A stretch of 64,000 bases of DNA. It comes from an uncultured Candidatus Saccharibacteria bacterium (GTDB lineage Bacteria > Patescibacteriota > Saccharimonadia > Saccharimonadales > Saccharimonadaceae). The position numbers and the translations under genes are program-made. Every line of letters begins with the position of its first letter. Within the stretch, counting starts at the first letter, position 1. Below are positions 50,997 through 60,777 of the stretch, one piece after another. The notes under the pieces were generated by a model. That model made no database searches, was not told the origin of the DNA, and saw nothing but the letters and a program-made list of their open reading frames with translations. The DNA lies in NCBI GenBank assembly GCA_937889535.1, contig CALBZW010000011.1, positions 140,513-204,512 of the forward strand. Direction: 5' to 3'.

Positions 50997-51611
50997 CTAA
51001 TACATATTGCTTAACAAGTTATTGTCGACTTGTTGAACGCGCCTTACGTTGCAGCCGTCCAGGTATGGGTACATAACACTATTTGGGTTATCGACATGCG
51101 CCATCCCAAATCCGTGCCCCATTTCATGGATAAAAACCCAAATGGCGTCGTCATTGCTATACCGATCCCGCCGCAGGAGTGGATCATTAAGATTAAATTC
51201 CGCTGAATACCAACTTGAATTCCATGGGTAAACTTCGCTCATATTGTAAGCATAAAATTTAGTCTCACCCAAGACGTTGCTACCATCGTTGCCCCAGAAA
51301 CTACTGTTACGTGCATACCAGTCCATTTTTGAACCGCTGGTTCCAGAACTTACGTACCCTAAGCAATAGAAATCATTAGCCCCAACTCCAGTATACATCC
51401 AGTTATTCACCGCCGTTTTAATCAGATTTTGCCATTACGTTGCCTGTGGCGACCCGTTTCCATCTATATACATATAGATATTACCGATTCCGCCCTCCAT
51501 GCGATAGCCGCTAAATGGAGCTGCGGACACCGTTGTAGAGAATAGTGCTAAAATAAGTATCGTTGCCGTAGTGAAGCATAGTTTAGTGCGTATGCTTTTT
51601 ATTAGTCTCAT
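50997..51611 (-). pseudogene. secreted metzincin-type zinc metalloprotease interrupted by an in-frame TAA
   Basis: ATG 51611 behind AAAGGTGGA encodes signal peptide MRLIKSIRTKLCFTTATILILALFSTTVSA... An in-frame TAA sits at 51435-51437. The same frame continues into HEMGHGFGMAH. Confidence 0.7.
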
Positions 51612-51721
51612 TTTAATTCCACCTTTCTAAAGTACTTATGACCTACGACAATCACACCGAACTAGTTTAGTATATGTGTCTTTTTATATTTTGTCAACAT
51701 TTTTATTTTTTAAAATTTTTC

Positions 51722-51752
51722 TTGACCCTCACCTTGCGTCATAGACTATGAT
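51722..51752 (+). promoter_or_regulatory. promoter with 19-nt spacer (TTGACC-19-TATGAT), MerR-type geometry
   Basis: TTGACC at 51722-51727 and TATGAT at 51747-51752, upstream of the MerR-family gene. Confidence 0.35.
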
Positions 51753-51804
51753 AGGGTTATTATAAAATTAAGCAGAAAGGATTATAATTTAATATCGTTG
51801 TATT

Positions 51805-52827
51805 ATGAAAACTATTAAGCAGGTTTCCGAGTTAAGTGGCGCTAGCGTGCGAGCATTACAATACTACGACAAAATTAATTTGCTTTCGCCTAGCCGTACT
51901 GACTCTGATTACCGCCTTTATAGCGATAATGATATTGCGAGACTACAGAAGATATTATTTTTGAAGGAATTAGGGTTTTCGTTAAAACAAATTCGCGAGT
52001 TAATAGATGGGTCTGGCTTAGAAAAAAGTATGACTTTTCAAAAACAAAAGGAAGTTCTGCGCGCGAAGCGTTGTCGAGCCGAGAAAATTATAAATGTTTT
52101 AGAACGCTTGGAGAATGGCGACACAATTGATGACTGCGCGAATGACATTAGGGCCATCGCTAAAGAATCGAAGAGCATAAAGAAGACAATTGGAATGCTA
52201 ATGATTCTTGCCGCGATAACCGCTGGAGGAATAGGATTTTATCGTTTTCTACAGGAAAACTGCGGAAAATCTAACGTGCAAATAGCCGAACCGGAGCAAC
52301 CCCACGGCGAGGATAATGTTACTTCGGATTTCATAGCGATAAATTCAGTCGTGGCGGATAGTAGTATAGATTGTTCGACATTTGATATAGTGCAGATTGA
52401 TGAAACGTTTTTGCCGGAGGGGCTAGAAATTTTAGGTAAAGTCGTATTTCCGGACGACCTGCAGAATGATGTCCAGGCGCAGGCGTTTTATTCTTCCGCC
52501 GACGAGATGTATTATGACGCAGAGGTTCAACCGATTAGCTATGTAGTAAAAAGCTCAAATGGTAAACGTTATATTGCGATTAATTTTGCGTTTGACCGCA
52601 CGCCGATTCGCGAAATGTATGCGCCAGCGGGTGAACCGTCAATAATAAACGGGATCGAGATTATGATAGGATCTTATATCGGAGAATACTATGATGAAAC
52701 TCTGGATATTCTCGAACCTGTTGAGAAATACTATGCGGACTTTATGGTTGATGGCGTGAATTATAGTGTTGAAACACATGGTCTAAACGAAACCGAATTA
52801 GTCGAGCTATTTAAATCGTTACTTTAA
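51805..52827 (+). CDS. MerR-family HTH regulator fused to a TM segment and a large C-terminal domain
   Basis: IKQVSELSGASVRALQYYDKINLL, then TM IGMLMILAAITAGGIGFY, then about 180 aa of unknown function. Confidence 0.75.
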   Translation: MKTIKQVSELSGASVRALQYYDKINLLSPSRTDSDYRLYSDNDIARLQKILFLKELGFSLKQIRELIDGSGLEKSMTFQKQKEVLRAKRCRAEKIINVLERLENGDTIDDCANDIRAIAKESKSIKKTIGMLMILAAITAGGIGFYRFLQENCGKSNVQIAEPEQPHGEDNVTSDFIAINSVVADSSIDCSTFDIVQIDETFLPEGLEILGKVVFPDDLQNDVQAQAFYSSADEMYYDAEVQPISYVVKSSNGKRYIAINFAFDRTPIREMYAPAGEPSIINGIEIMIGSYIGEYYDETLDILEPVEKYYADFMVDGVNYSVETHGLNETELVELFKSLL

Positions 52828-52895
52828 TTCTGATTTAAGGTTCGATTATTAGAATAGGATGGGGGGGTGGTATAGCGTAAAGACAAGGAGCTTAT

Positions 52896-53822
52896 GTGAA
52901 GCAACATTTTTTGCAGTCCCCGGCGTGGGAAGACTATGAACATGTAGAAAAGCACGAAACGTTTCGGTTGGATGGTGATGGATTTTCGGCGATGGCAATG
53001 TTGGAGTATACTGTGCTAGGAAATTACTTGTTCGTTCCCTATGGGCCAACGGCAGAAAACGAAAAAAGTTTTAGGAAGGCTCTAGATGCGTTGCGAAAAC
53101 TGGCGAAAGAACAGGATGCATTCTTTGTCCGGATTGAGCCGACAACTCCGTTTCCTGTTGCGGAATTAAAGACCATTGGTCTTACGAAATCGCATAATAT
53201 CGACCCGGCGCATACTTGGGTGTTGGATTTAACTCAGCCGGAGTCGCAAATTTTTGCGGACATGGAAAAAGAGAAAGGGCGACTTTGGCGGAATTGCTAT
53301 AAAAAAGATATTACCGTACGGCAAACTAGGAACCCGGAGGAAGTTGATATTTTGGCAACGATGCTAGATAAAGTTGGTAGCCAAAATCATTTCATCCCGC
53401 AGAAAAAGATTCATTTGCGTCGGCAGATGGAGGCTGGATTTGCGACACTCTATGTAGTGGAATTAAAAGGCGAATCGATTGCCGCGGCGCTAGTTTATGA
53501 CTACGATGACGTGAGATATTATGCACATGCGGCGGCAGATTACGAACATCGTAAGTTGGCAGCGGGTGCGATTTTGCTCGTACAGATGATTGTCGATGCG
53601 AAGCGCGCCGGAATGAAAACTTTTGATTTTTGGGGAATTACAGCCTCCAAGAACAAAAATCATCCGTGGTATGGATTTACTGAATTTAAGAAATCTTTTG
53701 GCGGAAAACAAGTCGATTACGCGGGAACTTGGGACTTGCCGGTAAGGAAGTTGCGTTACTACTTTTATAAAATTATTCGCAGGGTGAATAGGGTGCGGAG
53801 GAAAATTTGGCGTAGAAAGTAG
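52896..53822 (+). CDS. FemAB-family peptidoglycan interpeptide-bridge aminoacyltransferase
   Basis: FLQSPAW..., FEKSFGG-like C-terminus. GTG start behind AAGGAG. Confidence 0.75.
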   Translation: MKQHFLQSPAWEDYEHVEKHETFRLDGDGFSAMAMLEYTVLGNYLFVPYGPTAENEKSFRKALDALRKLAKEQDAFFVRIEPTTPFPVAELKTIGLTKSHNIDPAHTWVLDLTQPESQIFADMEKEKGRLWRNCYKKDITVRQTRNPEEVDILATMLDKVGSQNHFIPQKKIHLRRQMEAGFATLYVVELKGESIAAALVYDYDDVRYYAHAAADYEHRKLAAGAILLVQMIVDAKRAGMKTFDFWGITASKNKNHPWYGFTEFKKSFGGKQVDYAGTWDLPVRKLRYYFYKIIRRVNRVRRKIWRRK

Positions 53823-53838
53823 TTAGCTTTAGACGTGG

Positions 53839-54171
53839 TTACTTTTTCGGCGCAGAGATATTAGCTGGGCGGCCATAATCCGGAAGAATAATCTTGTGCT
53901 GCTCACCATGATGGTCGTAAAGCGGGATTTGGAGTTGGTCGGCAAGCGCATTCACGACCGCAGCGCCGATACGTAATCCAGTGAACGACCCGGGGCCGCT
54001 CATGAAGGTAATCTCAGAAATATCTTGCCAGTCGGCGCCGTTTTCTTGCAACTTGTCGTGGATAAAGGTGAAGATTTTTTCGGCTAAATCGTAACGGCCG
54101 ACGCGAGTATATTCTCGATCATTGAGCCGCAAAATACAAGTGTCGGTCGAGGTATCGAGGTAGAGTTTCAT
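53839..54171 (-). CDS. tsaB: tRNA t6A biosynthesis protein TsaB, N-terminal half only (110 aa)
   Basis: LYLDTST...GPGSFTGLRIG motif. Confidence 0.75.
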   Translation of the reverse strand: MKLYLDTSTDTCILRLNDREYTRVGRYDLAEKIFTFIHDKLQENGADWQDISEITFMSGPGSFTGLRIGAAVVNALADQLQIPLYDHHGEQHKIILPDYGRPANISAPKK

Positions 54172-54656
54172 GACAATTTCTCCAAAAAATCCGATTGGTT
54201 TGTGGTAACATCGCGGCTGCCGTCAGCATTTAGCGTAATGTCGAGGCGCAGATGTTCTTCTGGAAGCAACTCCGCAACATCGCCACCCCACTCGACGACA
54301 ACGATAGAGTTGGGCTCGTGCAGGGTTTCGGCAAGTTCGTCGCGCATGATGCCTGGATCGCCAAGACGGTAAAAATCGTAATGAACTAATTCCCCACCAG
54401 CTGAGAGTTGTTCACTAGAAGTGTTGTAAAAATTACAACGTTTTATGGGAAAGCTGTAGCGTTTGGAAATCGTGAAACTGGGACTAGTAACGGGTTCGGA
54501 AATGCCAAGACCAGCGGCGAGCCCACGCGTAAAAGTCGTCTTGCCAGCGCCGACGTCACCGACTAATTCAATGACAGCAGGAAGTTGTAAGTGCGTGGCG
54601 ACTTTCTGACCAAGTTCAATCATCTCGGATTCGGACTTTATCTTCATGTTTTTCAT
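54168..54656 (-). CDS. tsaE: tRNA t6A biosynthesis ATPase TsaE
   Basis: GDVGAGKTTFTRG and HYDFYRL motifs. ATGA overlap with tsaB. Confidence 0.85.
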   Translation of the reverse strand: MKNMKIKSESEMIELGQKVATHLQLPAVIELVGDVGAGKTTFTRGLAAGLGISEPVTSPSFTISKRYSFPIKRCNFYNTSSEQLSAGGELVHYDFYRLGDPGIMRDELAETLHEPNSIVVVEWGGDVAELLPEEHLRLDITLNADGSRDVTTNQSDFLEKLS

Positions 54657-56112
54657 TATAACATATTTTCTTATAATGTCGATATTGCACGACGACCAAC
54701 AATACTCCTATAAGCAGATATAAGAGAAAGATTAGTGCATCATCCGGCGGAAGTTCAAGGATAAACATTTTCTTCTCGCTAAGGAAGTTGATGATGAAAA
54801 TATGAAAATCGAGCAGATAAGTTGCAATTTGGCCGAAAACTTGAGCGATAGCAGTGCAGAAACTAAAACTACCAGTGAGAAAAACTAGGAGCATAGCGTA
54901 GGGCAAAGTAGGTAGAATAATGAGATTGGCAATAAGCGAGAGAAAAGATAGGCTGCCGAAATTATAAATCAAAATCGGCGCACAGATGAGACTGGTGGAG
55001 ATGCTAGTGATGAGCATGCCAGCGAGCCAGGGAGGTTTCTTTCCGCCGTAGAGTAGCTTTTGCAGACAGGGCGCGAGAATCATGATACCAAAGAAAGAGG
55101 CGAAGGAGAGTTGCCAGCCGAGATTTTGGAAATTAGTCGGAACAAGAAGAAGGGTGAGCGCAGCAACGAGACTAAGTAAACGTAACGGAGTAAACTTGCG
55201 ACCAACATAGCCGACCATGAGACTGAGGCTGGTGACGAGCGCTGCGCGGGTCATGGAGGGTGTAAAGCCAACGATTAGAACAAAAGCCAAGACGAGAAGA
55301 AGCGAAAGCATGAGACCGGAAAATTTAGAAAGTTTGCCAAAGAGTTTCCCAGCGGCGCCGATGAGAATGCCAAGATGTGCACCCGAAGCAACGACGATAT
55401 GCGTCATGCCGACCGCACTCAGAGCATCGGAAAAACTTTCCGAAAGACCAGATTTCATACCAACGAGATAACCGAGCCCAAGATCGACCGCCGGGCTAAC
55501 GATAAAATCGCGAACACGTTCGGCAAACCAGTTTTTTAGTCGGGCAAAAATGTCGCCAGTCTCCGAGCGCGTGACTTCTGTGAGTTCGGGGCGATAAAAA
55601 CTCGCGACATAAATACCGAAACCAGTGCCAACCTTGCCCGTGATGGCGATTTTATCAGAGCGTTCAAGGTCGATGCGCGGGTTAGAAAGTTGAACATAAA
55701 CTGTGCCAGCAACCTCGACGAGTTCGTCGCGCGGCAAATGAAGTTCAAGGTGAGTAAGATGTACTGTGACTTGCCCAGAAGCAACCACAGGATCATCCGC
55801 GATTTTGCCATTTAAAGTAACCGTTTCGCCGACGAGGTTTGCGAGATTGGCCCGGCCGATAATCTCCGGAGCGACACGCAGATTGCCAATCATCATTCCA
55901 GAAAAAATGGCGAATATTAGCATAATGCAAGTAGAGTGACGCAAAGCGAAAATCAGAATCAAAATCGCGACGACGAGCCAGAGCCAGTGATTAAAAATCA
56001 TGATCTCGAAAATAAAACTACCGATAGTCCCAATAATAATTCCCCAAATTGCAGCGTAAAAGATCCAAGACGGGTGAATAGATTGCTCAAAAATAGTTTT
56101 CGCGAAACGCAT
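54616..56112 (-). CDS. comEC: ComEC/Rec2 family competence channel (no metallo-beta-lactamase domain)
   Basis: Multi-TM competence-domain similarity. ATG lies 6 nt after TGCTATGCT. Confidence 0.8.
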   Translation of the reverse strand: MRFAKTIFEQSIHPSWIFYAAIWGIIIGTIGSFIFEIMIFNHWLWLVVAILILIFALRHSTCIMLIFAIFSGMMIGNLRVAPEIIGRANLANLVGETVTLNGKIADDPVVASGQVTVHLTHLELHLPRDELVEVAGTVYVQLSNPRIDLERSDKIAITGKVGTGFGIYVASFYRPELTEVTRSETGDIFARLKNWFAERVRDFIVSPAVDLGLGYLVGMKSGLSESFSDALSAVGMTHIVVASGAHLGILIGAAGKLFGKLSKFSGLMLSLLLVLAFVLIVGFTPSMTRAALVTSLSLMVGYVGRKFTPLRLLSLVAALTLLLVPTNFQNLGWQLSFASFFGIMILAPCLQKLLYGGKKPPWLAGMLITSISTSLICAPILIYNFGSLSFLSLIANLIILPTLPYAMLLVFLTGSFSFCTAIAQVFGQIATYLLDFHIFIINFLSEKKMFILELPPDDALIFLLYLLIGVLLVVVQYRHYKKICYNEKHEDKVRIRDD

Positions 56113-56219
56113 GACCGGAGCATAGCATAATTTTGAAAAAATCTACAAACATAAGTGTAAAAATACTTATTGCGAAAAAATGCGTGTCAAGCACAAGTTC
56201 GTTCAAAAACGCAAAAAGT

Positions 56220-59027
56220 CTACAAAGCTGAATGTTTTTGCTGTTTAGCGATTAGACGGCTACGACGATAGGTCGCCATGCCAGCATAGGCGCCAGCAAG
56301 CATACTCATGATCCAGTTCGGCGTCACAGTCGGATCTTGCTCAACGGCTGGAGATGGAGTATAGACAGCGGATTCAGCGCCAGCTGCCGGTGCAGGGTTA
56401 GCAGTGGTGAGATTTTGAGCCTGAGGGGCATGTTCGAGGGCGAGCAGGGCGAGGTTGATTTCAAAAACTAGGTCCTCGACCGTAGACTGGGTGGCATCAG
56501 AGTTTCCGAGTAGTGATTTTGCGACTTCAAGCTGCGAGAGAACGCGCGCATAGCTCGTAGCAGTGAAGTCATCGGGGTTAAGGCGGGAGATTTCAGCTAC
56601 AACCTCACTAAGCCCAGTCCAGTCAACTTGCACGGCTTGTTCAAGGGCGCTAGGAGCGAGCTGCGTCTCTGCTGGAGTAACAGTTTCAGCCGGAACATCT
56701 TCAGCGCTAGTGACTTCGGTCATGCCTTTAAGCCCGGTGGTTTTCTCGGCGAGATCATCCATGGCTGACATTAGCTCAACGAAGTTGGCGTTTGGTCTAT
56801 ATAATATACTACGAGCTTTGACGATGGCGACCTGAAGTTCGCCGAATTGCTCAGCAAAGTCAGTTTCGTAGTCGCCGAGCGTCAAATCTTGGACAGCTTC
56901 GAGCATAGAATAGAGATTCCCCTTCGCTTCGAGTAAAGCGGCTTCAGCGGGATAATCAACACTATGTGAAAGAATGTAGGCGGGGTCGGTTTCGGGCGTA
57001 ATGACCGGTTCGACTGGTGTAACTTCGACAGGGTTTTCTACGAACGGTTGCGCTTTGGGAGCTGCTCCGATACTAGCTCGCGGTTCAGACTCGGGCGGCG
57101 CAGCGGATTGAACCGGCGTGAAAAATGCAGCTGACTGTGTCAAAAATAGTGAAGCCAGAAATTCAGAAATATCAATAATTTCATCTGAAGATAATTCCGA
57201 TACTTCCAGCTCGAGGGGGGCTTGCAATTCTTGAGTTGCCGGTTCTTGAACTGGCGCTTCTACTAGCTCAGGCATAGGTTCCGCTTCAAACATCTCGGTT
57301 GGCAATTTCGGCTCTTGCGACTGCGGAGGCAAGACAGATGGCGGAGCGAGAGTCGGAGCGGAGTCAGGCAGAGGCAGCGAAGTTTCAAACATTTCGTCAA
57401 GCTCTTCTGCTGATACCTCGTCGATGCCATCGAGCAAGTCAATGTTGATTTCAACGTCAAGAATCGCGGAATATAAATCCTTGAGTGAAGCGCTTTCCCT
57501 CTGCAAAAGTTCATCGGCGGCAGCGGCGACGGTTGTAAGTTGTTGATAGCTATACTTAGTATAATCTCCAGGGTCGATGGCGTCGACCGAAGCAATTGAT
57601 TCGGCGAGTTCGGCGCGCATAGCATCGTTCACAAGTTCGAGATTATCGAGGGCGCGCTGGAGGGATTGCTCGGCCGAAACGATGCGCTCATATTCAAGAT
57701 GCTGTTTAAGTGCTTTCTTGCCGAGCGTAATCGCGCGCTTGATCAAAGCGATAGCCTTAGTAGCGACCGGTTTCCATTTACCGAGGTCGCCGCTAACATA
57801 ACCATTTGTATAGACAGCTGATTCCTCAATGAGGGCCTGAAGTTGACCTTCGGCACGCGCCAGCCGAGTAGCTTCGTCAATCTCCTCAGCGACCTTATCC
57901 TCAATGACGTGGTAAATTCCCTGGCCGCGAACCTTGTCGATATGGCAGCTGGAGGAAATATAGTCTTGGACATTTTCGGTAAAATCACCACCATAAACTA
58001 CTGTGACTGCATGCTCAGTATTGCGTGGAGCTAGTCCATAGAAAGTCCCGAGTTTGCCAGCGAATTCCCCGCCTTCAATAATCAGCATCTGGAGAGCAGG
58101 CTTCGACTTATTCTGGCGAGTTTCAGCAAAAAGATAACTGCGCAGGCTAGTATATTCGCCGCCGTTAACAGTAACTTCGACGGAGTGATCCGGGTTAATG
58201 GCCTTGCCAGACTGCAAAACGGCGCCAATCATAGTGAGGCTATCATCGGCAGAGTCCGCCTCAACATATTCGCCAGTCGCAATAATTTTAGTGCCGTTCA
58301 AAGTCAAGTTGCCAGATTGAGCAACAATACCGGTAGCGCCGGTGATTTCCGAAGCACCAATTTCCCAGCGCCCATAACCAGCGGCATGAATTGCAACACC
58401 GGTATTTTCGTCAACCGTAATTCTCGTCTGGTCGGCGATTTTAATCAATGGGATGTTTTTACCACGACCGCGGATTCCGCCATTGATACAGAAACCATCT
58501 TGCGCCACCATCGTCCCGCGAAAGTCGATCGTCGCGCCGTAAGCCGCTTTAAAATTGGGCGCAACGAGTAGTCCGTAATAGTTTGGAGCGAAAAGTTTGA
58601 TATTCTCATCAATCAGAACTTCGGCGTAATTTTCATTATCGGAAGTTGTAGCACCTTTGACGCAGACTGCTGTACCCTTAAGGCCATAGGCGACAATGCT
58701 TCCCTTGCCAGTAATTAAAACACTCCCGTGCTTAATGTCAAGCACGCAAATATTTTCCTTAAGCGAGGTGATATTAAACCCGCCTAGGTCGAGGATGAGA
58801 TGGCGCGAGATTTCGAGATTGCGAGTCGTAACGATGTCGTTTTTGAGTGTGATCTGGAAGACACGAGAATCTTGGAGGGCAGAGACGAATTCGGTTTCGG
58901 TACGAATTTCAGCATCAAAAATCTTGCCTTCCGCGATCAAAACGACACACGCAAAAAGCTCAAACGGGAGCGGCATCCCTAGCGCCAACATGAGTGCTAG
59001 GATACCGAGAAATTGATTTTCTCGCAT
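56220..59027 (-). CDS. large cell-surface protein (N-terminal TM/signal, beta-rich region, P/E/A-rich linkers, C-terminal TM anchor)
   Basis: Roughly 935-aa ORF. ATG 59027 behind GAGGGAAG is preferred over TTG 59054. Confidence 0.6.
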   Translation of the reverse strand: MRENQFLGILALMLALGMPLPFELFACVVLIAEGKIFDAEIRTETEFVSALQDSRVFQITLKNDIVTTRNLEISRHLILDLGGFNITSLKENICVLDIKHGSVLITGKGSIVAYGLKGTAVCVKGATTSDNENYAEVLIDENIKLFAPNYYGLLVAPNFKAAYGATIDFRGTMVAQDGFCINGGIRGRGKNIPLIKIADQTRITVDENTGVAIHAAGYGRWEIGASEITGATGIVAQSGNLTLNGTKIIATGEYVEADSADDSLTMIGAVLQSGKAINPDHSVEVTVNGGEYTSLRSYLFAETRQNKSKPALQMLIIEGGEFAGKLGTFYGLAPRNTEHAVTVVYGGDFTENVQDYISSSCHIDKVRGQGIYHVIEDKVAEEIDEATRLARAEGQLQALIEESAVYTNGYVSGDLGKWKPVATKAIALIKRAITLGKKALKQHLEYERIVSAEQSLQRALDNLELVNDAMRAELAESIASVDAIDPGDYTKYSYQQLTTVAAAADELLQRESASLKDLYSAILDVEINIDLLDGIDEVSAEELDEMFETSLPLPDSAPTLAPPSVLPPQSQEPKLPTEMFEAEPMPELVEAPVQEPATQELQAPLELEVSELSSDEIIDISEFLASLFLTQSAAFFTPVQSAAPPESEPRASIGAAPKAQPFVENPVEVTPVEPVITPETDPAYILSHSVDYPAEAALLEAKGNLYSMLEAVQDLTLGDYETDFAEQFGELQVAIVKARSILYRPNANFVELMSAMDDLAEKTTGLKGMTEVTSAEDVPAETVTPAETQLAPSALEQAVQVDWTGLSEVVAEISRLNPDDFTATSYARVLSQLEVAKSLLGNSDATQSTVEDLVFEINLALLALEHAPQAQNLTTANPAPAAGAESAVYTPSPAVEQDPTVTPNWIMSMLAGAYAGMATYRRSRLIAKQQKHSAL

Positions 59028-59109
59028 TAGATTACTTCCCTCGCACCTTTCCAATAACTCTGCCGGTTATTGTCTAGTATTATAGCAAATTATTGACAAT
59101 TCGGCAAGA

Positions 59110-60018
59110 CTAGGCGCCGATGCGATCTTTAGAATTCTTACGGCTAGCGTTATGCTCGATATATTCGATAATCTTTTCGGCGACGTTGCGGCCAGTGACT
59201 TTTTCGATACCAAATCCAGGCGAAGCATTAACTTCAAGGACAAGCGGACCGCGCTCGGAGCGCATTAGATCAACACCAGCGACATGGAGACCCATGACTT
59301 TTGCGGCCTTGACCACAATGCGTTTTTCTTCGGCGGTGAGCTTGACGCTCGTTCCCTCGCCACCCTTATGGAGATTACTGCGAAAATCGTCATCTAGCGA
59401 TTGGCGTTTCATACTAGCAACTACACGTGAGCCAACGACGAAAGCACGAATATCGGTCCCAGCGGATTCTTTGACGTATTCCTGGAGCAAGATATTCGTA
59501 CCGTCTTCGTTATAAAGATAAAAAGCTTGGAGAGCAGACTTCGCAGCCTTCTTGGTCTCAGCCAGAACAACACCATTACCATGCGTACTAGTAGCGAGTT
59601 TGATAATCACCGGGAGACCGATTTGCTCAATTAGGTCGTCAATATCAGCGGTGTTGCGACTCACGAGAGTTTTCGGAGTGTCGATGCCGGCCTTGGTCAG
59701 AATTTGCTGTGAGCGAAGTTTGTCGCGCGAGCGAGAAATCGCAATCGAGCTTGAGGCGGTCCAAGCGCCCTGCATCTCGAACTGGCGTACAATTGCGCAG
59801 CCATAACGTGTCATGCTGTTGGCAATACGCGGAACAATAGCATCATACCCCGGCAACTTTTCCCCACGATAGAAAATATTCGGATGCTTCTCGTCAAGTG
59901 AAAGATAACAATCTTTGTATTTAATCACGCGCACTTGATGCCCATGTTGCTCAGCCTCAGCAACCAAGCGACGCGTAGAGTAGTTTGCGTTTCCGTTCGA
60001 CAAAATTGCGATTTTCAT
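59110..60018 (-). CDS. rimK: RimK-family alpha-L-glutamate ligase (ATP-grasp)
   Basis: MKIAILS...YSTRRL and typical ATP-grasp motifs. ATG lies 6 nt after TGGTAAAAT. Confidence 0.9.
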   Translation of the reverse strand: MKIAILSNGNANYSTRRLVAEAEQHGHQVRVIKYKDCYLSLDEKHPNIFYRGEKLPGYDAIVPRIANSMTRYGCAIVRQFEMQGAWTASSSIAISRSRDKLRSQQILTKAGIDTPKTLVSRNTADIDDLIEQIGLPVIIKLATSTHGNGVVLAETKKAAKSALQAFYLYNEDGTNILLQEYVKESAGTDIRAFVVGSRVVASMKRQSLDDDFRSNLHKGGEGTSVKLTAEEKRIVVKAAKVMGLHVAGVDLMRSERGPLVLEVNASPGFGIEKVTGRNVAEKIIEYIEHNASRKNSKDRIGA

Positions 60019-60061
60019 GATTTTATTTTACCATATTTAGTTATTAATTATATGCAGGCGC

Positions 60062-60559
60062 TCAACTAGACATATGCTTTTGATGAAAAGCCTGGGGGTT
60101 CTGCTCTAACTCTGCGTTCAATTCCATATCTTGGATGCGTGGCGGGTACGGGACTTCTAGCTGTGAGACGTCGACTAAGAAACGGTCTTTGAGCAGACGA
60201 CGACCAATCAGGACGGGGAAATTATTCTTGCTGCGGTCAGCAAGAGTGAAGCCGGCTTTGATATTTTTCTTGCCAATTTTCACCGAGAGGTGGACGCGAT
60301 AGCGCACCTTAGCTTGACCGGTAGAATTACGTACTAACATGGCTTTATAGTCGTCAGCAACAATACGCTCACCCGTATAAAATTCACTGCCGGGAGCAAA
60401 GAGACAAAAACTCAGTCGATTATCGGCGTCCATCGCAATATCGCTCGCCCAGACAGACGAACTTTCGGCGCCAGTATCAATCTTCGCAGGGACTTTTTTA
60501 ATCCCATTGAGGGTGATTAAAGCGCTATTACCGATAATTTCGAGTTTTCGTGTACTCAT
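60062..60559 (-). CDS. RimK-associated retropepsin-like protease (DUF785/Zn_protease family)
   Basis: PAKIDTGAESSS motif; directly upstream of rimK. ATG lies 6 nt after TGCTATAAT. Confidence 0.75.
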   Translation of the reverse strand: MSTRKLEIIGNSALITLNGIKKVPAKIDTGAESSSVWASDIAMDADNRLSFCLFAPGSEFYTGERIVADDYKAMLVRNSTGQAKVRYRVHLSVKIGKKNIKAGFTLADRSKNNFPVLIGRRLLKDRFLVDVSQLEVPYPPRIQDMELNAELEQNPQAFHQKHMSS

Positions 60560-60777
60560 ACTTCCATTATAGCACAGATAGCGTAAAAAGTCAATGTTTA
60601 TCGCCTAATTTTAATCTCTGGAGACAATTTTTCAAAAACTAATTGTGTATTTATAGAAAATAAGTTATTTTAGTAATAAGAAACACAATAAAGGAGTAAT
60701 AAACATGTATACTTACAACACTACATATTACACGACTACATCAGTGGATACTGAAGCGCTAGGAGCAGCGATGGGGG

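Noticed and set aside
51435-51437. Alternative genetic code (stop-codon reassignment) as the explanation for the in-frame TAA.
   Set aside because: All long conserved genes in the window read through cleanly with code 11 and end at TAA/TAG/TGA. The CPR recoding I know of involves UGA, not UAA. A single event is better explained by mutation or error.
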